From Heptranchias perlo (Eukaryota): 64,000 nt of DNA. The translations under genes and the position numbers were made by a program. Below, in pieces: positions 1 to 10,494 of this stretch. Location of the stretch: assembly GCF_035084215.1 (NCBI RefSeq), contig NC_090350.1, positions 33,728,001 through 33,792,000 on the forward strand, read 5' to 3'. Under the pieces are notes generated by a model, which was not told where the DNA came from, made no database searches, and worked only from the letters and a program-made list of their open reading frames with translations. Numbering within the stretch: position 1 is the stretch's first letter; each line of letters opens with the position of its first letter.

Positions 1-79
1 TTAATTTCATTAATTAGAACCCAAGGTTGCTGAATGTGAAAACAAAGGCAATTGGTAGCTTACTTCCAAATACACCAGA

Positions 80-1226
80 TCAACAACAACTTATGTTTAT
101 ATAGCACCTTTAACGTAGTAAAATGTCCCAAGACACTTCACAGGTGTGTAATCAGACAAAAAAAATTGACAGAACTAAAGGAGACATTAGGGCATGTGAC
201 CAAAAGCTTGGTCAAAGAGATAGGTTTTAAGGAGCATCTTAAGAGAGGTGGAGAGGCAGGGAGGGAATTCCAGAGCTTAGGGCCCAGACAGCTGAAGGCA
301 CAGCCGCCAGTGGGGGCGTGAAGAGGCCAGAAATGAAGGATCACAGAGCTCTCGGAGGGATGTAGGGCTGGAGGAGGTTACAGAGATAGGATAGGGCGAG
401 GCCTTGTTGGGATTTGAACACAAGGATAAGAATTTAAAATTTGAGGCATTGGTGAATTGAGAGCTAATGTAGGTCAGCGAGGGTTTATGGAGGGTGGAAG
501 GTGAGAGGCCGGCCATGGAATAGTCGAATCTGGGGGTAACTAAAGCATGGATGAGGGTTTCAGCACCAGATGGGTTGAGGCAGGGGCGCAGACAGGCAAT
601 ATTATAGAGATGTATGTTGGTGGTCTTGGTGATGAAGAGGATATGGGGTCGGAAGCTCAGCTCAGGGTCAAATGGGATGCCATGGTTGCAAACAGTCTGG
701 TTCAGCCTGAGACAGCGGCCAAGAAGGGGGATGGAATCGGCAGCTAGGGAAAAGTTTTTGCCGGGGGCTTCAGTCTTCCTAATGTTTAATTTGAAGAAAT
801 TTATGTTCATCCAGTACTGGATGTCGGACAAGCAGCCTGACACCATGTAAGCGGTGAAGGTGGCGAGGCGGAGCTGGGTGTCGTTTATATATATATGTGG
901 AACCTGACCTGTTTTCTGTTGATGTCACCGAGAGGCAGTATGCAGATGAGAAATAGGAGGGGGCCAAGGATAAACCATTGGGGGACCCCAGAAGTAACAG
1001 TGCAGGAGCAGAAAGAGAATCCATTACAGGAGATTCTCCGGCTATGAGTGGATAGATAAAAATGGAACAAGGCGAGGGCAGTCCCATCCAGCTGGACAAA
1101 GGAGGGGAGGCGTTGTAGGAGGGTGGTTTGATCAACTGTGTCAAAGGCTGCAGACAGGTTGAGAAGGATGAGGAGGGATAGTGCACCACGGTCAGTGTCA
1201 CATAGGATTATCAGGATTTCAGACAT
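80..1226 (-). mobile_element. L2-type LINE, 3' part with RT remnant, degenerate (DNAJC8 intron 2)
   Basis: Frameshifted ORFs 885-1226 (LSAAFDTVD...GVPQ..ILGPLLF) and 277-846 (CLSDIQYWM...LNIRKTE; AETLIHALV); 3' tail GCTATATAAAC...(GTT)n near 80-110. Confidence 0.85.
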
Positions 1227-1269
1227 GCTTCAAATAAAAAAAAACTGCAAAAGTTGGAAATGGACTTAC

Positions 1270-1371
1270 TTCAAATGGATTTAAATTGATGTAAGTAGAT
1301 CCAGGTCTCGTCAGTCTTTCAATTTGCTGTTTTGGGGTTAGAACAGAGTCCCTCTTTTCAATCTGCTTAAC
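1270..1371 (-). CDS. DNAJC8: DNAJC8 coding exon 2 (34 codons)
   Basis: ttcttacag/GTT acceptor, GAA/gtaagt donor; VKQIEKRDSVLTPKQQIERLTRPGSTYINLNPFE. Confidence 0.96.
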
Positions 1372-4300
1372 CTGTAAGAACATAAAGATCGCATTTACCG
1401 AGGATGTTCCTTTAAATTATTAACACTTACAAATATATCTTTTATAGATAAGAGATAAAACAAATCGACAACTAAGGAGGACACTAGTATGCCCAGCCAT
1501 CTTTGAAAATGTATGACTACGTACAAAATAGATTGCAGTGATATTAACAAGAAATAATCAGTTTGAAATACTGCACTGTTGTGTCAAAGCATTATACTTA
1601 ACGTACTAGGAAAACAGAAGGGCAGATGAGAAGGGAAGATCGAAAGGCTCTTCTGGTTGGAACACATATCCATAAGGAATAAAAAATGAAGTGCAATTAA
1701 CCAGCGCAGCATCCTAATACTGAAGCAACATAACATTGTAACAGACTGAATGGGTCAAGAATAACAAGTTCAAAATAGATGACATAATTACAATGTTCGG
1801 CCAGACTGCTGAGATTCAGGAGGTACCAAGAGCAAAGGCTAAAAAAAGCAATAATGTTTCTTTCCTCATCAATCAGGAAGCCAATCACTGTGCTGAGGTT
1901 TTTTCTAATTTTATATCATATTTATAGATACACATAGATTAGATACATTTTCCAAATAAATATCTGAAGAGAAGATCACTGTATACCATATCTATGGATT
2001 TATATCAGTTTTGCTGACTTCCATCAAGAAATTGCCAAATGTACCTTGGGTGGTGAATTTGAAGGAAAAAAACCCTGAAATTTCCCATTGCTTAAGTGTA
2101 CATAACATCCATGATATCAGTGTGTATGTTACGTGCTGTGCGTGCCGTTCTTACGTCACAGTTGTGATATGCATGCAACCTCAACCTGATCTTCGGTGGG
2201 AAAGAAAGGAAAGCTCTGCAATATAGATCTTTTTGGATCTGTTTAAGGTCCTACTGTAAGAACTATATTCTATATAGTGCAGTAAACATCAGTCGTTCAT
2301 TCCTAGTTAGGTGAAAAGCAAGGAGAGCCAGTGCTGGACACCATATCCTAAAGTACCTGTTTGACTAAAATTGCATTAAGCAGTGTCTATTAAAACAAAA
2401 ACCAAAATGTTGGAAATACACAAGTTAGCATTTTTAAAGAGACACAAAAACATCTCAACTATTGATGGCTCAAGTAATAATAAAATGATCGTTTTTTAGT
2501 CCTAAGACACCAAGATTACTTGACTGATACCAACTATGCCAAAAGGTTTTGCATCATGCACGTGTTTCAGATTCTGTAGTGAACAGCTGCAGACAAAAGC
2601 CAGTCAAAATCTAAACGAAGGCAACAAAAACACTAGGTGGCAGTTCTGACGAAAGGTCTTCGACCTGAAACGTTAACTCTGTTTCTTTCTCCACAGATGC
2701 TGCCTCATTTGCTGAGCTTTTCCAGCATTTTCTGTTTTTATTGTGCAACAAAAACACTATGCTACTTCTAAACAACAGGAAGATACATCACGGTTGACAT
2801 TTGCCAAGCCTCTAGAACATCCAGTCAAAGCACCATAATGCCTTGCCCAACATTCCAACAGCACAAAATTCCTGGGTGGTTGAAAACCTACTATCACGGC
2901 CAGGGCCGGTGTGGGTGCAGGGGACGGGGGTGCAGGGGACAGGGTTTACAAATTTAAGCTAAAAATTAATAATGCCCTTTCCAATGCTCAGACAGTGAAA
3001 CTCCATCCAATCAAATGCCTCACAAATAAAACTCTAAATTCACTTGGGAGGCAGGCCTCCCATCTTTTCTGTAAATAAATAATCTGTAGTCCACTTACTA
3101 AATCCTGTTTGACCTGAAAGTTGGATTTTCTTCCTCAACAGCCCTACATAAGCCAACAAAGGACCAACCGGCCCTCTGTAGGCATAATTCAGCATATAAT
3201 AAAAGAACTGGTCAATTTCACAGATGTGCAACTGAATGCTTTTTTAAAAATTACAACTGTCCTGATGTTGCTCCATCAACTGATCTGCCAGCTCCGCCAC
3301 AAATAGTCTATGAAATCAATTAATGAAACAATTAGATTACTAGAACCTAGATAGCTTGACTCACAATGGCACGCCCACCTCGGAGTCAGAATTTTCTGGA
3401 TTCAAGCCCTACTCCAGAAATTGAGCACATAACCTAGTGGGCATTTCAGTCCAGTGTTGAAGGAGTACTGCGTTGTCAGAGGTGCCATCATTCAGATTAG
3501 ATATTAAACTCAGGCTCCATTTACCTGTTCAGGGGCAAATGGTCCCAATGAACTATTCAAAGAGGCAGAGTTTTGCCACTAACCTGGCCACTATCCACAC
3601 CTCAACCACTACCAAGAACAGAGTAATTAGTCATTCATCTCATTTGCTATTTGCAAACTCGCTGCTGCGTTTGCCTCTGCAAGAGCGACAGCAGTTCAAA
3701 AGTAAGTCAGTGATTGTGAAGACTTTAGGGCATGATGAAAATGTGATACGGTGCTACGTAAATGCACGTTCTTATTATTGTGGGTGGGTGCATGGGGATC
3801 TGTGAGACGGTAAATTAAATGATGGATCAGCCATTACAACCATCATCAACTGCGCTGGTAGGAATCTTGCCTGATGAAATCAGAGCTGCCATTTATAAAA
3901 TTGACAAGAAGAGCTCTCAAATAACCTCTGGAGACTTCTACTGGTAAGATATCACAATACTGCATTTGCTCTTAAAAATTGCTTTGCACATTGAAAATTA
4001 TGAGTCAGAAGGTTGTGGGTTATGTGCTTAAGTCCCTCTCTGGGACTTAAGCACATAGTCTAGCAACCAAACCATCACAATATTGAGGCAGGATCACACT
4101 GTCAAAGGTCCCTTTCTAAATCTCCCCTGCTAATTCAATCCAATTCATTGCATACATATGAGAAACACAATATTAGACAGTGTAATAATTTAACTAGTGT
4201 TAAATGGAACTTGACATTCATCTTCCTAACTTCATAGCCAATCTAAACCCTTCTGTAAATCCTTTGCTGAGTCAGTCTCCCCTACTTTTTGTTTGTCAAA

Positions 4301-5250
4301 TTTGACAAGCCTGTATTTGCTTTTGATAACCATGCCGTTAGAAGCAACAGATGACCAAGCACTGACACCTCAAACCCACTCCCCAAACAGAGCTTTGTTC
4401 AATACCTTCATCCAGTCAGACATTATACCTCCCACATGATGCTATTAGTTTATGACCTGTGATGGGTCTTCGCACTGCCACCCATAAGGTCAGGCCTGTA
4501 ACCACCAATACTCCAGCCTAATGCAATATGGATGAAAAGATCTCCAAGCACAATGCAAATCTGAAAGAACAAAATCTAGAAATATTCAATACTATCCTCA
4601 CCCAACACCCATACGCAATCCAGGAGATATCACTGGACAGTGATCAGGAGTGCCAATCCTTGTTGAATTCTCCCCTCCTCAGCCTGGGACATGGAAGTGA
4701 ATTTTAGTGCCCCAACTGGGATCAGTGGAAACCAAGGATCGATCCCAAAATTGCTCTGCACCTCTGGTTTACCCACTAAGTTGTCAAACGCTTTCGAGAT
4801 GCACTGTATAAAAAAAGCCACATTTGATAAAGATCTAACCTGAATGTCTCTTGACTCGAGTGTCTGGGTGTTATATAAATTATACAAAATGTTACTCAAA
4901 ATGAGCTATCAGTTTGCATTTAAAAGCACACTGGGCAAAATAAAGTAATTACTCGGCAAGGAAATCACACAGAAAGAGAGAGGTGCTTCTATTCCATCAC
5001 AAACATGAACAACTCAAGTCCAGTCCAGGGCCTAGGCCTCAGGCTACAATCGCGTTTTCCAAGGAAAACGTTTGTCACGTCGGCCGGGCCGGCGCCACGA
5101 AGACTCAGCCGCACCCCTCCGCTGTTCAGACAGCGCCGTTTAAAAGCGGCAGCCTTTTACCTCGGTAAGAAACACTTTAAAAGCCTCCTCTCCGCCGGAA
5201 TCCACCCCGGGGGCCGGGCTGCCTAACGCCGCTCCACTGTGAGTCGCCAT
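1270..5250 (-). CDS. DNAJC8: DNAJC8 (DnaJ homolog subfamily C member 8), 5' part; gene continues beyond the left edge of the window
   Basis: Exon 1 (5250-5161) and exon 2 (1371-1270) splice in frame to MATHSGAALGSPAPGVDSGGEEAFKVFLTE/VKQIEKRDSVLTPKQQIERLTRPGSTYINLNPFE, matching the vertebrate DNAJC8 N-terminus (EEAF..F..EVKQIEKRDSVLT...RLTRPGS.Y.NLNPFE). Canonical GT/AG sites; head-to-head with ATP5IF1 as in human. Confidence 0.95.
2636..2744 (+). mobile_element. Short Penelope-type retroposed element with 15-bp TSD, containing a hammerhead ribozyme
   Basis: Flanked by identical GCAACAAAAACACTA at 2621-2635 and 2745-2759; body CTGACGAAAGGTCTTCGACCTGAAACGTTAACTCTGTTTCT...CAGATGCTGCC...TTCCAGCATTTTCTGTTTTTATT. 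Confidence 0.85.
2642..2678 (+). ncRNA. Minimal type I hammerhead ribozyme motif
   Basis: Helix I AGTT/AACT; core CTGACGA(+A); stem II AGGTC-TTC-GACCT; GAAA; palindromic mini helix III (AACGTT); NUH triplet GUU at 2672-2674. Confidence 0.8.
3360..3775 (+). mobile_element. tRNA-derived Deu-domain SINE (SacSINE1/AmnSINE-like), diverged
   Basis: B-box-like GGATTCAAGCCC; Deu-type core GTCAGAGGTGCCATC..TTCAGAT..GATATTAAAC; L2-like tail GCTACGTAAATGCACGTTCTT. Confidence 0.7.
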
Positions 5251-5400
5251 TTCCCCCAGTAAAGCACGTGACCCGCTCCACCGCCAACCTTTGAGTGGCG
5301 CTCGCGGGCGGCGCAGCCTCAGTTGATTGACAGGAGCAGAGGCGCCACAGTGACTGCTCTCAGCTGCAGCTCCTTTGCTGGTCGTAGCTTCACCTTACTT
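5040..5400 (-). promoter_or_regulatory. DNAJC8 CpG-island promoter
   Basis: CpG-rich; E-box/CLEAR-like GTCACGTG (5265-5272, minus); PBX-PKNOX/MEIS decamer TGATTGACAG 5324-5333; YY1-type AAATGGCG overlapping the ATG. Confidence 0.7.
5161..5250 (-). CDS. DNAJC8: DNAJC8 coding exon 1 (30 codons)
   Basis: AAATGGCG start context (cat at 5248-5250); donor GAG/gtaaaa at 5161/5160; lies in a CpG island. Confidence 0.92.
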
Positions 5401-5479
5401 TCCAAAAAAAAAGGGCCAAATAAATTATATCATTAAACACTTCACCCCGCCAAGTAAGCTCAAACATCAAACTATTTGA

Positions 5480-7600
5480 ACAGCAACTTGCATTTATGTA
5501 GCGCCTTGCCTTTAATTTTTTTTCATAAAATATACTTTATTCATAAAATTTGCAGCAATACGTACAATACAGTTCTCATATCACATTCCAAACGTACACA
5601 ATACAGATTACACAATTTGCAGGTTACATCAAGTGCAGTTCAATAACACATTGTAGATAATTACAGTTCATGACACTCTGGGGTGTCTCATTGCATTACA
5701 CTCAATACAGATTATTGATTACAGATTCAATACAGGTACATTACATCAATTTGAATTTTACATTCTGTCCGGGGGGTGGTTTTCCCTGATTGCAGCCCCT
5801 CGGTATACAATGGCGGGAAGGCTCTAAATGGTTGCCTTTCCTTGCCTTTAATGTCTCAAGCACACCAAGCCAAAGAGGGAGAGATTAGGAGAACTGACTG
5901 AAAGCTTGGCCAAAGAAGTAGGTTTTCAGATCAACAAGAGGGAGGGGGAGGCGGGCGAGGCAGAGGGGTTTAGAGAGGATATTACAGCACGTGGGGCCTA
6001 GGCGGCAGAAGGAACAGCTGCCAATACCGGGGCAAAAAGAGAGGCAATAGATTGTATGGGAGGGGATGTAGGGCTGGAGGAAGATTTATGGAGGGGTGAG
6101 GCCACAATGGGATTTAAACACAAGGATGGGGATTTTAAATTTGAGGAGCCAAAGAAGGCCAACGAGAACACGCATGATGGATGAGCAGGATTTGTTTAGG
6201 ATTCAGGCAGCAGAATTTAGGATGAGCTGAAGTTCGTGGAGGATGGGAAGCCAGTCAGGGGAGCATTGGAGTATTCAAGTCTAGAGATGACAAAGGCATG
6301 AATCAGGGTTTCAACAGTGGAAGTAATGCAGTAGGGGCAGAGGCAGGTAACGTTGGAGTTAATAATTGTAAGGAGTTGGAAGTAGGCGATCTTTGTGATT
6401 GAGAGAATATGAGGTAGGAAACTCAGCTCCGCATCAAACAGGCTCCCAAGGTTGTAAACAGTCTGGTTCAGCCTGAGACAGTGGCCAGGGATGGGGAAGT
6501 TGGTGGTGAGAGTACAGAGTTTGTTGCAGAGACCAAAGATGATGGCTTCAGGATGCTACGGCTCATCCAAGACTGGCTGTGAGATAAGCAGCCAGATAGC
6601 ACAGATGCAGTGGTGGAGTCAGGAGGAATGGTGAAAAGGTAGAGCTGAGTGTCATCAGTATATATGTGTAAGCTGACCCCATATCTGCAGATGATGTTTC
6701 AAGAGGCAGCATGTAGATGAGGAAGGGGAGGGGGACTGAGGAAGGATCTTTGGGGGACTCCAGAAATGACGGTGCAGGGGTGGGAAGAGAAAACATGTTG
6801 GTCCAGGTTATACTCCAACCATGGGTCCAAAATAATGAAGAGGAAGAAGTGGAGAGACGGAGAGGTAATGGAAGGGAGTTCCAGAGTTTAGGGCTGGATG
6901 GCTGAGTGCATTGCTGCCAATGGTGGGGCTAAGCGAGAGGGGAATGTACAAGAGGCCGGTTGGAGAAGCACAGAGTTCTTGAAAGATTATAGGGCTGGAG
7001 AAGGTTACAGAGATAGGAGGGGCGAGACCAGGAAGAGATTTAAACACAAGGATGAAAATTTTAAATGTGAGGTATTAGAGGACCGGGAGCCAATGTGGGT
7101 CAGTGAGCACAGTGGTGATGGGTGAGGGGGATTTGGTGCAGGATAGGATACAGGCAGCAGAGTTTTGGATGAGCTGAAGTTTATTGAGAGTGAAGGATGG
7201 GAGGCCAGCCAGGAGAGCGTTAGAATTGTCAAGTCTGGAGATGACAAAGGCATGGATGAGGGTTTCAGCAGCAGATAGGCTAAAGCAGTGGCGGAGATGG
7301 GCGATGTTACCGAGATAGAAGTAGGCAGTCTTTGTGATGGAGAGGACATGAGGTTGGAAGCTTGGCTTGGGGTCAAATAGAATGCCGAGTGTGCGAACAG
7401 TAGTTTAACCTGAGACAGTGGCCAGGGAGAGGGTTAACAACAGTAGCAAGGGTATGGAGTTTATGGTGGGATTTGAAGATGATGGATGAATTGGAGGAAA
7501 TTGTGGCTCATCCAGCACTCACAAGCTGTGGCGGGGTCGAGGCATCAGTGTACATGTGGAACCTGACCCCATGTCTTCAGATGATGTCACCAAGAGTCAG
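5480..7600 (-). mobile_element. Two adjacent degenerate L2-type LINE fragments (about 5480-6775 and 6860-7600)
   Basis: Same family as 80-1226 (GTAGGGCTGGAGGA, GGTTCAGCCTGAGACAGTGGCC, GGCATGGATGAGGGTTTCAGCA); L2 tail CAACTTGCATTTAT at ~5484. Confidence 0.8.
5517..5839 (-). mobile_element. 5'-truncated L1/Tx1-type LINE 3' end nested in an L2 tail
   Basis: 13-bp TSD CCTTGCCTTTAAT (5504-5516, 5840-5852); minus strand ends in AATAAAGTATATTTTATG-poly(A); 5' end reads KATI*, like a Tx1-family ORF2 C-terminus. Confidence 0.75.
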
Positions 7601-7859
7601 CCGCATAGGCTCTGTCTTTGGTTTGATATCCTTCATGGTTGAATAGCCTGCTAAGCACACAGATGAGTAATGGCCACTTGGACAAGGTACTGGAATGCTT
7701 GTGGAACCGTACCCCAACAAGATTCAACACCTTCAGCAGTGAAAAGGAAACAAATAAACTGGAAAGTCCAATGCTTCAATTTCCCCTTAACCTGGGTGCA
7801 AAATTCCAAGTTGTATAAATAAATATGTTTTATATATTTTACCCGAGGTGGGGGAGGCA

Positions 7860-8110
7860 CTGGGTTAAATATTGGATTTTCACCTCAGGGATCCTGATTC
7901 AAATCCACTGAAAGTCTCCTCTGTCTGCAGTTGTGTGCGTCCCACGTGAAATGAGTTTGCCAGTCTCAATCCAAGTCTTACTGGACATGGATCCAAACGG
8001 AAAACTGTAATATCACAAGGAAATCACAGAATGGTTGGTGTGGAAAATGGAAAAGTGTCACACTGTTCATTTCGGGGTGCTCTTCTGAGACTAGTGCTGA
8101 AGCACATTGT
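7860..8110 (+). mobile_element. LF-SINE-like tRNA-derived SINE, degenerate
   Basis: Collinear blocks TTTCACCTC.GG..TTCAAATCCA..GAAAGTC..GTGAAATGAGTT..GTCTCA.TCCA..TGGACA resemble the LF-SINE 5' half as recalled; not aligned. Confidence 0.5.
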
Positions 8111-8117
8111 TGGGGCG

Positions 8118-8156
8118 TTCACCTGACGAAGGAGGAAGCCTCCGAAAGCTTGTGGA
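8118..8156 (+). ncRNA. Minimal type I hammerhead ribozyme motif
   Basis: Helix I TTCAC/GTGGA (one G:U); CTGACGA+A; stem II GGAGG-AAG-CCTCC; GAAA; palindrome AAGCTT; NUH triplet CUU. Confidence 0.75.
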
Positions 8157-8244
8157 ATTTAAAATAAATTTGTTGGACTATAACTTGGTGTTGTAAAATT
8201 GTTTACAATTGTCAACCCCAGTCCATCACCGGCATCTCCACATC
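8118..8244 (+). mobile_element. Penelope-type terminal repeat fragment with hammerhead ribozyme
   Basis: Same family as 60138-60266 (CACCTGACGAAGGAG..CTCCGAAAGCTTGTG..AATAAA..TTGTTGGACTATAAC.TGGTGTTGTAA). Confidence 0.8.
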
Positions 8245-9649
8245 GTGTTTAAGTTTGTCAGACAGTTGTTACACAGGCAGATGTGCCAGAAATAGCATAA
8301 TGGAAAAGGTGTGACAAATGCTCCCCCAACCAACACCATCAAAAACAAGTTTAACTGGTCATTTATTTCATCTACTGTTTGTAGGATTTTGTGTGTGCAA
8401 ATTTACTGCCATGTGTTCTACATAAAAACAGTGACTACACTACCTAGATTCCTACAAGCAGTACTTGAGCAGTGGTCTTAAAGATTAGCCGTTATACATC
8501 ACAACCAGACTTGAGACGTCAGACTAACTATGAGCAATGCCATGGGAGATCCATTTGGAACACTAATAAATTCAATACCTAATAGCCAGTGGATTGGCTG
8601 CCTTGGTAATAGCATTCTGTGTTCCAGCCATATTTGGTATTCAATCATTTCTTGGCTTGACCACTTGATGGAGCTCTACACAGTAGAAGAAACACAAAAA
8701 ATCAGTCTTCATGCCAACATGTCATCTATCAAACTGATCGTAAACCAACAGTTTTAGACTTACTCGTTTTAGGTAATAAAATGTGTCTCACAGTTTGAAA
8801 AGAAGCACATTTGGTACTCGAGTGTAGCCTGCACAGATTTGCAGTTTGCTAAGTTTTACAATGCATTTTTCAATTATTAATTTTAGATATCACTTAAAAA
8901 TTCACTTGGAGTGCATATAATCCACAATGAAATAATGTCATTATGATGACACATTCTGTACAATTACTTATGTATTACAGTAGTTAAAGTACCAGATAAA
9001 TGAAATTGCAAATTATCTCTTTTTGGAAATTTCCTTTCTCCTATCCTGACGAGGCTGACTCATGTCGAGTCCGATCAGGTGTGAGAACTCTGGTTGATTT
9101 TATTTCATCCCTCGATCAAGATCCTAAGGTCAATAATTGTTATAGTTAAAAATAAACTAATTCTGGAAATCCAGGGGAAAAAAAACAGAAAATGTAGGAA
9201 ATAGGTCAGTCAGCATTTAAGAAACAATGTGAGATTAACATTTTGGTAGGATCCTTCATCAGAAGATATTGTTGGTCATAGGTAATCTGTAAATTTTAAT
9301 TCAGCTAGACCATCCCTCTTTCCCTAAAATGTTTATATCGTTCTCCCTTTAAAGCATTGGTTTTCAAATTGGATCCTAACAGGTTGGCAAGGGGATTCCA
9401 GGGAATCTATGAAGTTAACAGATTTCTATCCGTCTGTCATCAGATTTCTGTATTTGTTGACATTCTAATGTTAATTCTATTGCCGCACACTTGTAAAAAA
9501 AATGTTTTCTGCAAATGATCACACTGATTTCCTTTCGCGAGCTAAAATGATCTTTCAGAAGTTATGACAGGAAGCCTCCAGGAGTGTGTCCTGTTTTGTA
9601 CAGATATAGCAATTTATGGATTTGGACAAAATTCATTCCCACCAGAACA

Positions 9650-9995
9650 TCTACAAGTGCCTTTCTGCTCCTGGTCCTGGCCAAGGTGGTCCTCTACAGG
9701 TCTAGGTTGGACACAGCCCATCGGGGTTGTTGCTCCAACTGCCTGCCTCTCCTGCGGTCTTGTCCGCACCCTGGGTGGCCCTGGAGAAGGAGTATGCAGT
9801 GTCCGCTGGTACGCTTGAGGCCTTCCGTGACCGGTGGACACCGAAGGGACTGGAGTGCATAGCAGACATTGGTAATAATATTATTATTTAAGTTTCCATT
9901 TTTTTATGGTTTAGTTCTTTATTAGTTGTGCCCCTCTAAAAGGGGGGCACATTTCTTTGTTTTTTTGTTTGATGACACTGGGGCAACCCAGTGTT
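9650..9995 (+). mobile_element. Tx1-type LINE 3' end (ORF2 C-terminus and 3'UTR), degenerate
   Basis: CTGCTCCTG..CTGGCCAAGGTGG..; GGTACGCTTGAGGCCTTCCGTGACCGGTGG (GTLEAFRDRW), homologous to 14177-15067; 3'UTR hairpins. Confidence 0.8.
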
Positions 9996-10494
9996 TCCTT
10001 ATTGGTTTGGATGGAAAAGGTTACAAGTGCCTTCCCCTTCCTCCCCGAAGCCACTAATAAAACAAACACATGCTTTGTACAAACTAAAATAATGGCAATT
10101 AGTCCAAATAACAATTATTGAATTTCTGTCCATTAAATATTCAGTCCCTTGTGGTCTCCACCATCCGCAGGAGGTTTCTAACAAACCAGTTATACCCCGG
10201 CATGTAAGATCTTATTGGTTGAGGATATCCTGCCTGGCGGGTAAATAGAGTTGAGGTACAGATCAGCCATGATCGAATTGAATGGCAAAATAGGCTCAAG
10301 GGGCAGAATGGCCTACTCCTGTTCCCAAGGCAATCCTACACATCCTGGACTTGTGGATTTCTCTAAGCCTGGGACCAGACCCACCAGGAGGTCCTCCAAC
10401 TAAAGATGAGCCCAATTGGTGAAAAGTGTAGCCAATAATTGAGAAGCAACCCCTTCAGCTATTCAGGAATGCATCCTATTTTGTACAGAATTCC

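Noticed and set aside
9045-9080. CTGACGA followed by a GACTC/GAGTC hairpin, hammerhead-like
   Set aside because: No GAAA and no helix I or III; looks like SINE-derived sequence.
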